Of a stretch of DNA of 62,479 bases, positions 1 to 9,674 are shown piece by piece. The stretch is from a virus (Duplodnaviria > Caudoviricetes), in the IMG/VR virus record IMGVR_UViG_3300045257_000499, positions 1-62,479 of that record; one strand, 5' to 3'. The translations under genes and the position numbers were made by a program. Numbering within the stretch: position 1 is the stretch's first letter; every line of letters begins with the position of its first letter. The notes under the pieces are model-generated. The model was not told the DNA's origin. It ran no database searches and saw only the letters and a program-made list of their open reading frames with translations.

Positions 1-663
<663 letters not shown>

Positions 664-709
664 CGCGTCTTACGGCCGGCTGCCGCAGTCTCGTAGTAGC
701 ACAACGCTG

Positions 710-970
710 TCAGGAGGATGCTGCTAATGCCTCTTGTTCGCCCAGTGGGGCGACGCATGGGCGGAAGCGACAACCGAATTTCCATCCAGCCGGGAGCGTC
801 AAGACGATCTCCGTCTGATCCTCATTGAAGTGGGTGCAGCCGCCGGCGGCGATGAACTCCTCCCACGTCCCGACCCACTTAGTGTTTCCTTCGGGCTGGC
901 CGTAGATGGTGGGGACGATTCTGCGCCCGCGGTGCCACACGGCATCGTCTCTCGATTTGAAGTGCGTCAT
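710..970 (-). CDS. Hypothetical phage protein
   Basis: MTHFKSR..., GGAGG RBS, overlaps the stop of the upstream gene. Confidence 0.6.
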   Translation of the reverse strand: MTHFKSRDDAVWHRGRRIVPTIYGQPEGNTKWVGTWEEFIAAGGCTHFNEDQTEIVLTLPAGWKFGCRFRPCVAPLGEQEALAASS

Positions 971-1224
971 GGCGTGGCCTCTTGTTGAGCAGTGGTGACG
1001 AAGCGTCGCCAGATTTCGTGTCTTTTCGCGAAGTCCGGCTGCGCAAGGCGGTCTTTTCCTTCGGCTGTGGTGAGGAACTCCCCATCGCGGTACTCGATCG
1101 AGCCGAAGTGTTCGAGCCTGGCCTTGGTTCGGATGTTGCAGCCGTGCGGTAACCGGTGCTCGTAGTGGACCGACAGCAAGGTATAGCTTTGCGCGCCGGT
1201 GAGTCGTGCGGTTCGCTTTTTCAT
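967..1224 (-). CDS. Hypothetical phage protein
   Basis: 85 aa, ATGA-coupled to neighbours. Confidence 0.6.
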   Translation of the reverse strand: MKKRTARLTGAQSYTLLSVHYEHRLPHGCNIRTKARLEHFGSIEYRDGEFLTTAEGKDRLAQPDFAKRHEIWRRFVTTAQQEATP

Positions 1225-1481
1225 GGCTCGGCCTGCGCGGGGTGAGAGGCGAGTGAGTAGGTGTCGTGGAAGCGGACGAAGCGTCGCTGCTGGCGGTGCT
1301 TGCGTCCCTCCTCAGTCTTGTTGAACGGCTCGTGGTGCCGTTTCCAGTAGGAGTTGGTGAGCAGGATGCGGAAGCCCTCGGCGGCGATCTGCGACTGAAC
1401 ACTCCCGACATCGCAGGGATGGCGGCGCAAGTTGCGTCGCCTCCACCAGTTGCGAGACTCAGAGTAGCGCATCGGAGTCAT
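1221..1481 (-). CDS. Hypothetical basic protein
   Basis: GGAGGAGG RBS, coupled to next gene. Confidence 0.5.
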   Translation of the reverse strand: MTPMRYSESRNWWRRRNLRRHPCDVGSVQSQIAAEGFRILLTNSYWKRHHEPFNKTEEGRKHRQQRRFVRFHDTYSLASHPAQAEP

Positions 1482-2106
1482 CCTCCTCCTGGTCGTACAC
1501 CGTGCCCTGGTGGTCGGGGTCGTCGTCGGGCACGATCACGGGAGTGACTCCCTGCCGGCGCAGCTTCTCCATTTCCGCCTCGTCCTTGGCCATCGTCTCG
1601 GTGACGATTTTCTCGATGGCCGATGGGCGGAAGATGCGGAAGATGCCGGGGCCGAGCGTGTCGCTCTGGAGCAGGTCGTCGGACTTCTCCGGCACGACGT
1701 GCGGGTGGGCGAGGAACACCCAATGCTCGCCCAGCTTGAAGCCTTTGGGGACGGCGGTGATGCGGCGCGAGATCCCGAGATCGTTCGCCTCGCGCATGAA
1801 GTCATCGACCTTCGGGTAGAACTGCGCGCCGATCCACAGGAGCCCGACGCGCTTGCCGAGTCGCTCCGGGTAGGCGGCAGGGCAGAATGACAGGTCGCTC
1901 GGCGTCTCGCCCGTGCATTGTGCTTGCAACCACGGCTGCGGATCAATCCAAGTCCACCCGCGCGTCTGCTTCACGCCACCACCGCAGCACGGGCAGACCT
2001 TGAGGGGGATCGGGAGTTTGCAGCACGGGGCGCCGAGGGTGCCGCCGACGATGTAAAGGCCGCCGACTTTGCGGTAACCGCAGCCTCGTTTTGCTTCGAC
2101 TGCCAT
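1459..2106 (-). CDS. Cys-rich hypothetical phage protein (possible Zn finger)
   Basis: RGCGYRK, CPCC; GAGGAG RBS; GC3-biased codons. Confidence 0.75.
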   Translation of the reverse strand: MAVEAKRGCGYRKVGGLYIVGGTLGAPCCKLPIPLKVCPCCGGGVKQTRGWTWIDPQPWLQAQCTGETPSDLSFCPAAYPERLGKRVGLLWIGAQFYPKVDDFMREANDLGISRRITAVPKGFKLGEHWVFLAHPHVVPEKSDDLLQSDTLGPGIFRIFRPSAIEKIVTETMAKDEAEMEKLRRQGVTPVIVPDDDPDHQGTVYDQEEDDSDALL

Positions 2107-2116
2107 GGCGCGCTCC

Positions 2117-2377
2117 TCAATCCAGAACTTTCACGTGGCGGGCGAAGTTCGCCAGCTCGCGGACCGCCTTGGCGGCGTCGGATGCGTGTGTGGCGTCCTC
2201 GAGCTTCATGCGGAGGACGGCAGCCTTGTCGCCGGCGATGCTCGTGAGAGCGAGCTTCGTCTCGTTGCCGCTGACGTACTCGACCTTGCCCTTCTTGATG
2301 ATGAGGTAGGTCGCGTGGCCCATCTCCGTGGTGACTTCGAGGCGAATGGTCGGCGGAGTTTTCGTTTTACTGGTCAT
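2117..2377 (-). CDS. Hypothetical phage protein
   Basis: 86 aa in-operon ORF. Confidence 0.65.
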   Translation of the reverse strand: MTSKTKTPPTIRLEVTTEMGHATYLIIKKGKVEYVSGNETKLALTSIAGDKAAVLRMKLEDATHASDAAKAVRELANFARHVKVLD

Positions 2378-2383
2378 AGGGAG

Positions 2384-2581
2384 TCAGTCTCCTCGTTTGC
2401 AGTCGGCGCACGAGCACGCGACGACCCGTTTCATGGTTTCCTTGATCTCGGCGCGCGTTTCCGCGCCGAAGCAGTGTTGCGGAGGTGTCGAGAGCGAGTA
2501 CCCAGGCTTGAGGTAGACGAAGAAGTCTCCACCGCTGCCGCGCTCGTCTCTGAGCTCGGCGATGCGCCTATCGCTGGCCAT
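2384..2581 (-). CDS. Small hypothetical protein with C-terminal CxCxxC
   Basis: MASDRR...; GAGG RBS; CCCTACCC upstream. Confidence 0.6.
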   Translation of the reverse strand: MASDRRIAELRDERGSGGDFFVYLKPGYSLSTPPQHCFGAETRAEIKETMKRVVACSCADCKRGD

Positions 2582-2658
2582 GGGTGCCTCAGCTGAATGT
2601 CGGGGGTAGGGATGTAGAGGGCCGGTCGCGTTCGGCCCTCTACGGGGCTGAGCGGGGC

Positions 2659-2844
2659 TCACTCGATCTCGTTGCGGCAGCGGAAGAACTCGACGCCGGT
2701 CTCGCGGTCGCGAATCACGCACAATGAACCGGTGCGCTCGATAATGTCGCACTCGCGCTCCTCCGGGACCGGGATGTCATCGGTCCAGAACGTGTGAGCG
2801 ACGTTGCGTTGGACTTTGGGGTGGGGCGCGGAGATGGTGCGCAT
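2659..2844 (-). CDS. Hypothetical phage protein
   Basis: GGAG RBS, CCCTACCA and promoter module upstream. Confidence 0.65.
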   Translation of the reverse strand: MRTISAPHPKVQRNVAHTFWTDDIPVPEERECDIIERTGSLCVIRDRETGVEFFRCRNEIE

Positions 2845-2904
2845 TGTTTGCTCCGTTGCATTCGTTGGTAGGGGACACGTCGGGTATTCCCGATCGATGT
2901 TTGC

Positions 2905-2936
2905 AGTCTGGCAGGCGAGCGGACTACGTCAAGTCC
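2905..2936 (-). promoter_or_regulatory. Repeated early promoter, copy 1 (TTGACG-N16-CAGACT)
   Basis: Same architecture as copies at 5013, 5744, 6895. Confidence 0.6.
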
Positions 2937-3196
2937 TAAGCGTCGAGCGGCTGAAGTTTTTCCTCAACCAGGATGCGGCTGACGCACGTGGCGACCAGGG
3001 ACGCAAAGGCAAGCTGCTCCCCGCCCGGGCTCGAGAGGAGGGCGCGCTCGTCGGCGTACTTGTCGCCGGCGATGAACTCTTTGAGCTCCTCGCGCATGAC
3101 GCGGCAAGCGATGTCGGCGTCGTCTGGTTTGATGACGCCGGTCGCGGCGACCGCGCGCATGAGTCGGTCGGCGACGGCGGCGATGGGATCGCTCAT
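2936..3196 (-). CDS. Hypothetical phage protein
   Basis: MSDPIAAV..., GAGGAGG RBS. Confidence 0.65.
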   Translation of the reverse strand: MSDPIAAVADRLMRAVAATGVIKPDDADIACRVMREELKEFIAGDKYADERALLSSPGGEQLAFASLVATCVSRILVEEKLQPLDA

Positions 3197-3207
3197 GGGT
3201 GTCCTCC

Positions 3208-3612
3208 TCAGAACGAGAAATCGTGATAGTGAGCCCGTTCGCCGATGCGCAGGCCCTCGCCATGGGTCTTCCGCCACCGTTGAGTGCGGGAGTTGAATCG
3301 GACCTGGTGCCAGCTCCCATCGTCGGCGCGGCGGTAGGTCGATATGGCGCCTTGTGGGTTCGGTGAGAACTCGTACTCCTGCGACTCGCTCATGCCGTTC
3401 TTGTCGACGCGCCTGACGTGGTCCTCCTGGACGTTGATGTAGGTCTGCTTCCTGTTCGCCCAGACCTGGATGATGGTCGCCGCGTGGCGCTCGGTCCAAC
3501 ACAGGATGGTTGCGCCCATGCCGACCTGGGGCTCCGGCTGTCCAATGACGGAGCGGCTGAGAATATGGTTGGTCAGACTGCCGGTTTCCTTTCCAAGTTT
3601 CATTATTGCCAT
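3208..3612 (-). CDS. Hypothetical phage protein
   Basis: GAGG RBS; ends HYHDFSF. Confidence 0.7.
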   Translation of the reverse strand: MAIMKLGKETGSLTNHILSRSVIGQPEPQVGMGATILCWTERHAATIIQVWANRKQTYINVQEDHVRRVDKNGMSESQEYEFSPNPQGAISTYRRADDGSWHQVRFNSRTQRWRKTHGEGLRIGERAHYHDFSF

Positions 3613-3848
3613 GTCCTCATTTGTTGTAGGAAGCTCGGAATAATAATCACGCGAAGGCATCCACCGGGGAGCGGCAAGCTGTGGCCGCAGTCTTCAAAGA
3701 ATGCCTGCACGCGCCATTCTCCGTTGCCGGGCGGCTCCAGGATGCGGCCGGCGACGAAGTCGACTTGGGTCTTGAGAAAGCCGAGGATTTCGGCGGCCTC
3801 GACATCGCTCTTTGCGGTGTCGATGAATTGGACCATGTAGTCGGCCAC
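3603..3848 (-). CDS. Hypothetical phage protein
   Basis: GGAGGT RBS, GTG start. Confidence 0.6.
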   Translation of the reverse strand: MADYMVQFIDTAKSDVEAAEILGFLKTQVDFVAGRILEPPGNGEWRVQAFFEDCGHSLPLPGGCLRVIIIPSFLQQMRTWQ

Positions 3849-3851
3849 GGC

Positions 3852-4112
3852 TCACCTCCCGCGCCGGCGGTGGTGATACCAGCGGTGATGATGCCAGTGG
3901 CGGTGTCCGCCAAACCGCACCACACGCACGCCGCGCGCCTGCGGGCAGCTGCAATGGCAGTCCACGCGGACCACGATTGGCGCCGGGGTTGGGACGGTCA
4001 CGGCGCGCTCGTGCGCGGGCGCCGGCGGCTTCGAGTCGCTGTAGGCCGAGTTGATGGCGCCAACGGCGAAAATGACAGTGCCGACCACGATTGCCAGACG
4101 GTCGAGGGTCAT
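3852..4112 (-). CDS. Small exported protein with His/Arg-rich tail
   Basis: N-terminal hydrophobic segment, CHCSC, HRHWHHHRWYHHRRR. Confidence 0.6.
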   Translation of the reverse strand: MTLDRLAIVVGTVIFAVGAINSAYSDSKPPAPAHERAVTVPTPAPIVVRVDCHCSCPQARGVRVVRFGGHRHWHHHRWYHHRRRGR

Positions 4113-4181
4113 GGATGGCTCCGTTGTTTGGTAGGGGTAAGGGCCGCGCGATTTGCTCGCGTCGGCCCGGCTTAGCGCGGC

Positions 4182-4964
4182 TTACCGATTGACCCAGCCG
4201 CCGAACCGGAAGCCGCTCTCCATCGCCGCGCGCGCCGCGTGCTTGGCGGTCTCGTCGCGGACGGTTCCCTCGCGGTCGGCGGCGGCGTCCATCTCCATCA
4301 TGCGGAGCTCGCCAGGGTCGATGCAGGCGAACATCTCGTCCGTGCGCTCGCAGCGCGCCGCGGCCTTGGCGCCCCAGGGCAGGCCGTAGTTCTTCGCGCA
4401 AGTTCGGCCGTAGCCGACTGCGGTCGAACGCTCGTCGGTGAGCGGGATATTGCAGAAGCAGCACTTGCCGGTCAGTCGGCCGTGCTCGGCCGCCACCTCG
4501 GAGGGTCGCTCCGCGAAGTTGCGCAGGGCAGGGAGGAGCGTGGCGGGAACATCGCACCGGTTCGACTCGTCGAACGAGCCGTCGCGTAGGATGCGGCCAA
4601 ACCAACGACCGACACCGTAGGGCGCGTTGTCGGCGACGTTGAGCGATCCCGGAACCCGGGCGCGCTCGCCGGCGACGCTCACGCGCACCTCGCCGACCTC
4701 GGCAATGTGCAGGACGATGGCGGGGGACTTGAGGTGCTGCTTGGCTCGCTCGAACAGCGCGAGGACGCCAGACAGGTCGCCAACCGACTCGCGCTGCTTT
4801 GGAGGCTGGCCGGCTTCGCGGGTCAACCGCTCGACCCAGTAGAGTTGCTTGCCGGATAGGCCGTGGCGCCGGCCCTTGCGGATCAGGTCGCGGGCAAAGT
4901 TCTGCTGGCTCGGGTTGAGCTGCTCGATGACCGCTTCGAGAGCGTTGATGGCTGCGTAGGACAT
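4182..4964 (-). CDS. DUF6011-like Zn-finger phage protein
   Basis: GKCCFCNIPLTDERSTAVGYGRTCA motif; AGGAG RBS. Confidence 0.75.
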   Translation of the reverse strand: MSYAAINALEAVIEQLNPSQQNFARDLIRKGRRHGLSGKQLYWVERLTREAGQPPKQRESVGDLSGVLALFERAKQHLKSPAIVLHIAEVGEVRVSVAGERARVPGSLNVADNAPYGVGRWFGRILRDGSFDESNRCDVPATLLPALRNFAERPSEVAAEHGRLTGKCCFCNIPLTDERSTAVGYGRTCAKNYGLPWGAKAAARCERTDEMFACIDPGELRMMEMDAAADREGTVRDETAKHAARAAMESGFRFGGWVNR

Positions 4965-5012
4965 TGCGTTGCTCCTGGTAGGGGTGCCCGTGGTTTTCCA
5001 CGTGACAAAGGA

Positions 5013-5070
5013 AGGATGGCAGGTACTACTCTGTTTGCAAGTCCTTTCCGGCCGAGCTCCAAAAAATGTT
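5013..5070 (-). promoter_or_regulatory. Repeated early promoter, copy 2 (TTGCAA-N16-CATCCT)
   Basis: T-tract, GCTCGGCCG, GGACTTG, CCTGC shared with other copies. Confidence 0.6.
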
Positions 5071-5084
5071 CGAGCCCATTTGGC

Positions 5085-5438
5085 TCACTCGTAAACCGGC
5101 CGCGTCGCGGGGAAAGGCGCGGGCCACCCCGGGCAGACGACGGCCCTGTACTCGCCTTCGGACAGCACAGAGGAGATCGCGCGCCGTCCCTTGTTGATGT
5201 GGGCGTCGAGCGAGGCTTGCAGCGTTTCCCGGTAAGAGGTGGCCTCGTCCTCGTCGGTGAATACCGTCATCAGGTCGTGCGGGTTGATCCCGTCCGGAAT
5301 GTGCTCGATTGGGCGGCCGTGGTCGTACCACCAGCCTCCCTCCTCCGGGCCCCCGTAGGCGCGGTCGACCATAAAGATTGCGACCGTCCAGAACGCGGGC
5401 TTGGTTTCCTGGGTGTCGAGCTCGTTGTCGCGGGGCAT
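5085..5438 (-). CDS. Hypothetical phage protein (DRAYGGPEEGGWWY motif)
   Basis: Start MPRDNE with GGAG RBS and CCCTACCA. Confidence 0.75.
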   Translation of the reverse strand: MPRDNELDTQETKPAFWTVAIFMVDRAYGGPEEGGWWYDHGRPIEHIPDGINPHDLMTVFTDEDEATSYRETLQASLDAHINKGRRAISSVLSEGEYRAVVCPGWPAPFPATRPVYE

Positions 5439-5496
5439 TGGTTGCTCCATTGGTAGGGAAGGATGGCCCCGGTTGACCGGGGCAGATTTTTGGGCG

Positions 5497-5697
5497 TCAG
5501 CGATAGCGGCGGGTGTGCGGGAGGGGAGTTTGCAGCGAGTGGCGGTTGTGCCACGCGATTTGAATGGTGTGGAGGGCGATGGGGTCGCGCTCGGTGCGCG
5601 CGCAAGAGATGACCATTGCAGCAACAGAGGCCGGATAGCCCATGTTGTGCAGGATGCGGTGAAGCCGGGGGACAGCGCGGATGGTTTGGTGGGCCAT
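5497..5697 (-). CDS. Hypothetical phage protein
   Basis: MAHQTIR..., AGGAG RBS. Confidence 0.55.
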   Translation of the reverse strand: MAHQTIRAVPRLHRILHNMGYPASVAAMVISCARTERDPIALHTIQIAWHNRHSLQTPLPHTRRYR

Positions 5698-5743
5698 TGT
5701 TTGCTCCTGGTAGGGGTGTCCGTGGTTTCCACGTGACAGGGGG

Positions 5744-5800
5744 AGCATGGCAGGGACTACGACTGATGCAAGCCCTATGCGGCCGAGCGAACAAAAAAGT
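5744..5800 (-). promoter_or_regulatory. Repeated early promoter, copy 3 (TTGCAT-N16-CATGCT)
   Basis: Shared module. Confidence 0.6.
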
Positions 5801-5831
5801 GCGGCTCCGTGTACCCGGGGCCGGGGAGGAG

Positions 5832-6092
5832 TCAGAGGGGATCGGCAAACTCAAGCAGAGCCCAGGCTGCCTCGCATGTTGCGTCACACGCCTTGCACCA
5901 TGCCGGGTTCGAGGTGCTTGGAGTCCCGGCGGCCAGCATGCGCGCGGCGGCGTCGCGGACTGCGGCGATCTGTTTTACGAGCGCGCGCTTCTTGGCGCCG
6001 GCGACGTGCGCCAGCTTCGTGTTGGCCATCTTGATGACGTTGGTTGGGCATACCCCGTACCAATCGAGCGAGGATCTCTGCGGCTGTTTCAT
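5832..6092 (-). CDS. Hypothetical phage protein
   Basis: 86 aa, CxxCxxxC near the C-terminus. Confidence 0.55.
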   Translation of the reverse strand: MKQPQRSSLDWYGVCPTNVIKMANTKLAHVAGAKKRALVKQIAAVRDAAARMLAAGTPSTSNPAWCKACDATCEAAWALLEFADPL

Positions 6093-6176
6093 CTCAGTAG
6101 CTCCCGAGCGCCGTGCCGACCAGCCCGGCCGTGAACCGGGGCGAGGAGGAGAATGGCGAACATCATGGCGCCTTCC

Positions 6177-6440
6177 TCAGATCGTCTGGGCCGCGACGGT
6201 GCGTAGCTTGTCGGCCATCTGGAGCAGCTGGTCGGCGACGATCTCGGCGAGGTTCTCGTCGTCGTCGACGTCGGCCTGCACGAACGGCCAAAGGGAGCCA
6301 TTCATCGGGGCGGCGCCAACATCGAAGCCCTCGCGGCGGGTAATGTAGTGGCCGCTCAAAGCGACTCTCAGCGTTGAGACGAGCCGGTCGGCGCGCTCAC
6401 GGTTGAGGGCGGAACCGAATTGGACAGAGCGGATAGGCAT
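6177..6440 (-). CDS. Hypothetical phage protein
   Basis: MPIRSVQ..., AAGGAG RBS. Confidence 0.65.
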   Translation of the reverse strand: MPIRSVQFGSALNRERADRLVSTLRVALSGHYITRREGFDVGAAPMNGSLWPFVQADVDDDENLAEIVADQLLQMADKLRTVAAQTI

Positions 6441-6459
6441 GTTGTCTCCTTGGTAGGGC

Positions 6460-6843
6460 TCAGTGAACCGGCAGGCGATAGGCTCGCGCGTCCTCGTGGC
6501 AGACAGCGAGATAGGGACGCTTGCTCGAGCCGGCGATGGTGCAGATGTAGGTGTACGGTTTGCCACGCCACGAGCGGACCTTTGTGGCATCGAGCGGGAC
6601 CGCGTAGCGCTTGCAGATGCCGGCAACGGTGCGCGCGACTCGGTCGGCGGTGCAGACCGTTGCGTCGGTCGCCTGCGCGGTGGCGCGCAGGGCGTCTTCC
6701 GACCGGTACGACTCAGCAAACTTGCGGGAGAGGAGGACGGGGTTGAGGCCGTATTCGGCCGCGATCTCGGCGACCACGTCGGCGGCGGCGGCGCCATTCA
6801 CCACTTCGGCCCGGAGATCTGAAAGAGCGGAGGCCAGTGACAT
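6460..6843 (-). CDS. Hypothetical phage protein
   Basis: MSLASAL..., AGGAG RBS. Confidence 0.7.
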   Translation of the reverse strand: MSLASALSDLRAEVVNGAAAADVVAEIAAEYGLNPVLLSRKFAESYRSEDALRATAQATDATVCTADRVARTVAGICKRYAVPLDATKVRSWRGKPYTYICTIAGSSKRPYLAVCHEDARAYRLPVH

Positions 6844-6894
6844 TGTTTTCTCCTGGTAGGGTGGTCGCCCGGTTTCCAGGTCAACCATTCGAGG

Positions 6895-6952
6895 AGTCTT
6901 GCAGGCTACTGAGTTACGTCAAGTCCTATGCGGCCGAGCTCCAAAAAAAAGT
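6895..6952 (-). promoter_or_regulatory. Repeated early promoter, copy 4 (TTGACG-N16-AAGACT)
   Basis: Shared module. Confidence 0.6.
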
Positions 6953-6962
6953 CAAGAGAGGA

Positions 6963-7142
6963 TCAGCATGCGCTCCGCGCGGCGAGGCGGCGAAACATTG
7001 CCTTGCGCTCCTCGCGCAGCTCTGTGAGGTAGCGCCGCATGGAGGCCGCGCCGCGCGGCCGGTTCTCGCCCTCGGCGTTGGCCAGGACTTCCTTGGCGCG
7101 GTGAATCTCTCGATCAATCTCGGCGACTGTCTCGAAAGCCAT
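6963..7142 (-). CDS. Small coiled-coil protein (59 aa, absent from ORF track)
   Basis: MAFETVAEIDREIHRAKEVL..., GAGGAGGG RBS. Confidence 0.6.
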   Translation of the reverse strand: MAFETVAEIDREIHRAKEVLANAEGENRPRGAASMRRYLTELREERKAMFRRLAARSAC

Positions 7143-7152
7143 GGTCCCCTCC

Positions 7153-7359
7153 TCACTTCGTGTCGACCAGATGCGGGCGCAGTTCGAACAGATCGCCCGC
7201 TGAAACTGCGTTCATGCCGAAGTAGGCTTGCAGAGCTTCGTGCTCGGCGTTGGGAAGGGTTGTCAGCTGGTCGGTGGCGACGACCTGACGGCCGTCAAGA
7301 AACAGATTGCCGCGGATGTAGTCGTGGCCGAGGCGCTCGGTGATGGGGAAGGTGGTCAT
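7153..7359 (-). CDS. Hypothetical phage protein
   Basis: MTTFPIT..., GAGGAGG RBS. Confidence 0.6.
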   Translation of the reverse strand: MTTFPITERLGHDYIRGNLFLDGRQVVATDQLTTLPNAEHEALQAYFGMNAVSAGDLFELRPHLVDTK

Positions 7360-7370
7360 TGCCCACCTCC

Positions 7371-7670
7371 TCACCACTTCGCGACGCCGGCCGCGGCCAG
7401 AGCTAGAGCGGAGGCATGGTTGACAGCCAGATCGAGGCGGCCGCCCTGGCGGATATTGTTGACCTGGTTGACGGTCCAGCTCAGCACCTCGACCGGAGTG
7501 GTGTCGCGTTCGCCGGCGGTTTGTTTGGCGCAGGCTTCGACGAACCGAGCGCGGTAGCCTTCGAGATCGCGGGCAGCGCGCTTGTGGTGCTCGATCAGCT
7601 CGTCGATCCACGCCGTGGCGCCGTCGTGGGCCATCTTGAGCATCATGCTCTGCCGGTCTTGCTTGGTCAT
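7371..7670 (-). CDS. Hypothetical phage protein
   Basis: 99 aa, GGAG RBS. Confidence 0.65.
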   Translation of the reverse strand: MTKQDRQSMMLKMAHDGATAWIDELIEHHKRAARDLEGYRARFVEACAKQTAGERDTTPVEVLSWTVNQVNNIRQGGRLDLAVNHASALALAAAGVAKW

Positions 7671-7797
7671 CGTAAGTCTCCGTTGCTCAGGTAGGGAAGT
7701 TCTCGTTTTCGTTAAGTGTAGTCTGAACCTGTACTATCGAAATTCAATGACTAACCTTGAAATAATACTTCTTTGTTCTTGCGTTCGTAGAATAGCG

Positions 7798-7824
7798 TGA
7801 CGCCCGGGTCGAGCCCGGGCGTCA
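7798..7824. repeat. Perfect 11-bp inverted repeat in an AT-rich intergenic region
   Basis: TGACGCCCGGG-N5-CCCGGGCGTCA. Confidence 0.8.
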
Positions 7825-7872
7825 GCGGCGGATGCGTGTATATAGTGTGGAACGGAGAGGGAACGAAAGTAA

Positions 7873-8382
7873 TCAGCCTCCGTGCAGGTCGAGGCGCATC
7901 TGCTTCCCCGTGGGCTTCGCTGGCGGCTCGACCGGAGAGTAGGAAGGGGCCGCGACCCCGTTCAGCCTGAGCAGGGCGAAGCGGTCCAGACCGGGGAAGT
8001 CCACCTCGGGGACCTTGATGCCGAGGGAGTCCTCGAGCCACTGCGCCACGATGTGTCGGTGGCACCACTTCACCCCGCATTGGACATCGCTCGCGCCCTC
8101 GAAGCAGAGGAGAGTGGGCGTGCGGCCGTCGCTGGCGAGTCGCTGCAAATCCGCGACGACCTTGTGGGGATCGAGGGAAGCGAGAATTTCCTTGTTGAAA
8201 CGCCGCAGGTATTCGGCGGGCGTGCACGACTTGAACCACGAGCCGGGACACAACGCACGATACTGCTTGAAGCCGGCAGCCTGGCCGCGCGGGGTTCCGC
8301 GAGAGATGCCCACCCGCAGGTGAGTCGCGGGGAGCTTCGCGAACCACGAGGCGGTCGCGATGATGGGCTGCGAGTCAGTCAT
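7873..8382 (-). CDS. DUF488-like protein
   Basis: GISRGTP, LCPG.WF, TLLCFE...CHRH motifs. Confidence 0.7.
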   Translation of the reverse strand: MTDSQPIIATASWFAKLPATHLRVGISRGTPRGQAAGFKQYRALCPGSWFKSCTPAEYLRRFNKEILASLDPHKVVADLQRLASDGRTPTLLCFEGASDVQCGVKWCHRHIVAQWLEDSLGIKVPEVDFPGLDRFALLRLNGVAAPSYSPVEPPAKPTGKQMRLDLHGG

Positions 8383-8583
8383 GTGCGTGTTGTCTCCATG
8401 GTAGGGTCGGTTTTTAGTTGATCCCATCATTATGGGTAGTTGCCAACAGGTTTTCAAGAAGAAAATTTGTTAGCTCGCTCAAGCGCCTGCGCAAAATCGT
8501 CGCCGTCTGCTGCTGCGCACCTCTTGCGCGCGCGCACGCGCGCGACACACAAGCCCGGCCACAACGAAGAAAGAAAAACAACG

Positions 8584-9573
8584 ATGGTCTCGATCGCTCC
8601 CGCTTGCGTGATGGTGAGGGTTACCAGCCAGGGGCAAGGCCCGCTGGTGCTGGGTGATCCGATTCCCGGCAGCGGCTACCGCTCGTTTCAGGACGCGCAG
8701 ATTCAGAACGGAGCGTACATCGCCTACGAACTGTTCGAGGTCATCGGCAATGGCGTCCTCCAGCGCGAGCAGTCGAATGGCGTCTACGACGCTACGGTGG
8801 GCACGGTGACGCGAGAGGTCGACGCCTCGACCAACGGCGGGCAGCCGATCGCGCTCCAGGGCAACGGCGTGCTGCGCATGCAGTTCGGCCCGAGGGATTT
8901 GAAAGCCATCGACGGCGGGATCTTGGACGCGGTCGACAACGCCGACACGCCAGCGATCCTTGCGACGATTCAGCTGTTACGCTCCTCGACGCCGGGTCAC
9001 GCGCCGACCACGCTCGTGCCCGGGCAGATCGCCATCAACTCCGCCGACAGCATTCTCTATTGGCCGGACAAGGACGGCCATGTGCAGAACGCGCACCTGC
9101 TCGACGTGGCGGACATTCCGAACCTCGTTGAGCGAGTGGCCGCTCTCGAAGGCGAGGTGTCAACCCTCAACACCGAGATGGAGCAGGCGCAGGCCGACAT
9201 CTTGAGCCTCGATAATCGCGTGGCAGCTCTCGAGGCGCTGGGTTCGGTGGTGAAGGTCACGCCGGTCGCCTCGACGGAGACTCTCACGCTCGACGCGCGC
9301 ACCAAGCGCGTCATCGGTTTTGCCTGGGGCGGCAGCGCCGGCACCGATAGCGACAGCCCCGGCGGCGCGGGCGGCAACACCATGGTTGGCTCCTTTGTGA
9401 CCGCCCTCGGCGGCACGTCAAACGGCGCGCGCGGCGCGTTTGCGGTCGGTTCGGGCAGCGTCACCGGTGGTTCCGGCCTCACGGTTACGATTGGCGCCGG
9501 GGGCACGGCTGGTGGCGGCGCTGGCAGTCCAGGCGTCGCGGGCGGCGCGCTCGTCGTCGAGCTGAGTGCGTAG
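8584..9573 (+). CDS. Tail-fibre-like virion protein outside the tail module
   Basis: Segment similar to the N-terminus of fibre 46547, coiled coil, Gly-rich C-terminus. Confidence 0.65.
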   Translation: MVSIAPACVMVRVTSQGQGPLVLGDPIPGSGYRSFQDAQIQNGAYIAYELFEVIGNGVLQREQSNGVYDATVGTVTREVDASTNGGQPIALQGNGVLRMQFGPRDLKAIDGGILDAVDNADTPAILATIQLLRSSTPGHAPTTLVPGQIAINSADSILYWPDKDGHVQNAHLLDVADIPNLVERVAALEGEVSTLNTEMEQAQADILSLDNRVAALEALGSVVKVTPVASTETLTLDARTKRVIGFAWGGSAGTDSDSPGGAGGNTMVGSFVTALGGTSNGARGAFAVGSGSVTGGSGLTVTIGAGGTAGGGAGSPGVAGGALVVELSA

Positions 9574-9674
9574 AGTTACCAACAGGTTCGTCGCGTACCC
9601 CCTTGCACATGCTGGGGGAGTCATCGCAAAAGCAGCACAACGAACAAACAAACAATCGTGAAGTAAGCGACTAC

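Noticed and set aside
4969-6952. Repeats as a CRISPR array or integron attC sites
   Set aside because: Irregular spacing with whole genes between, promoter-like content, no cas or integrase gene
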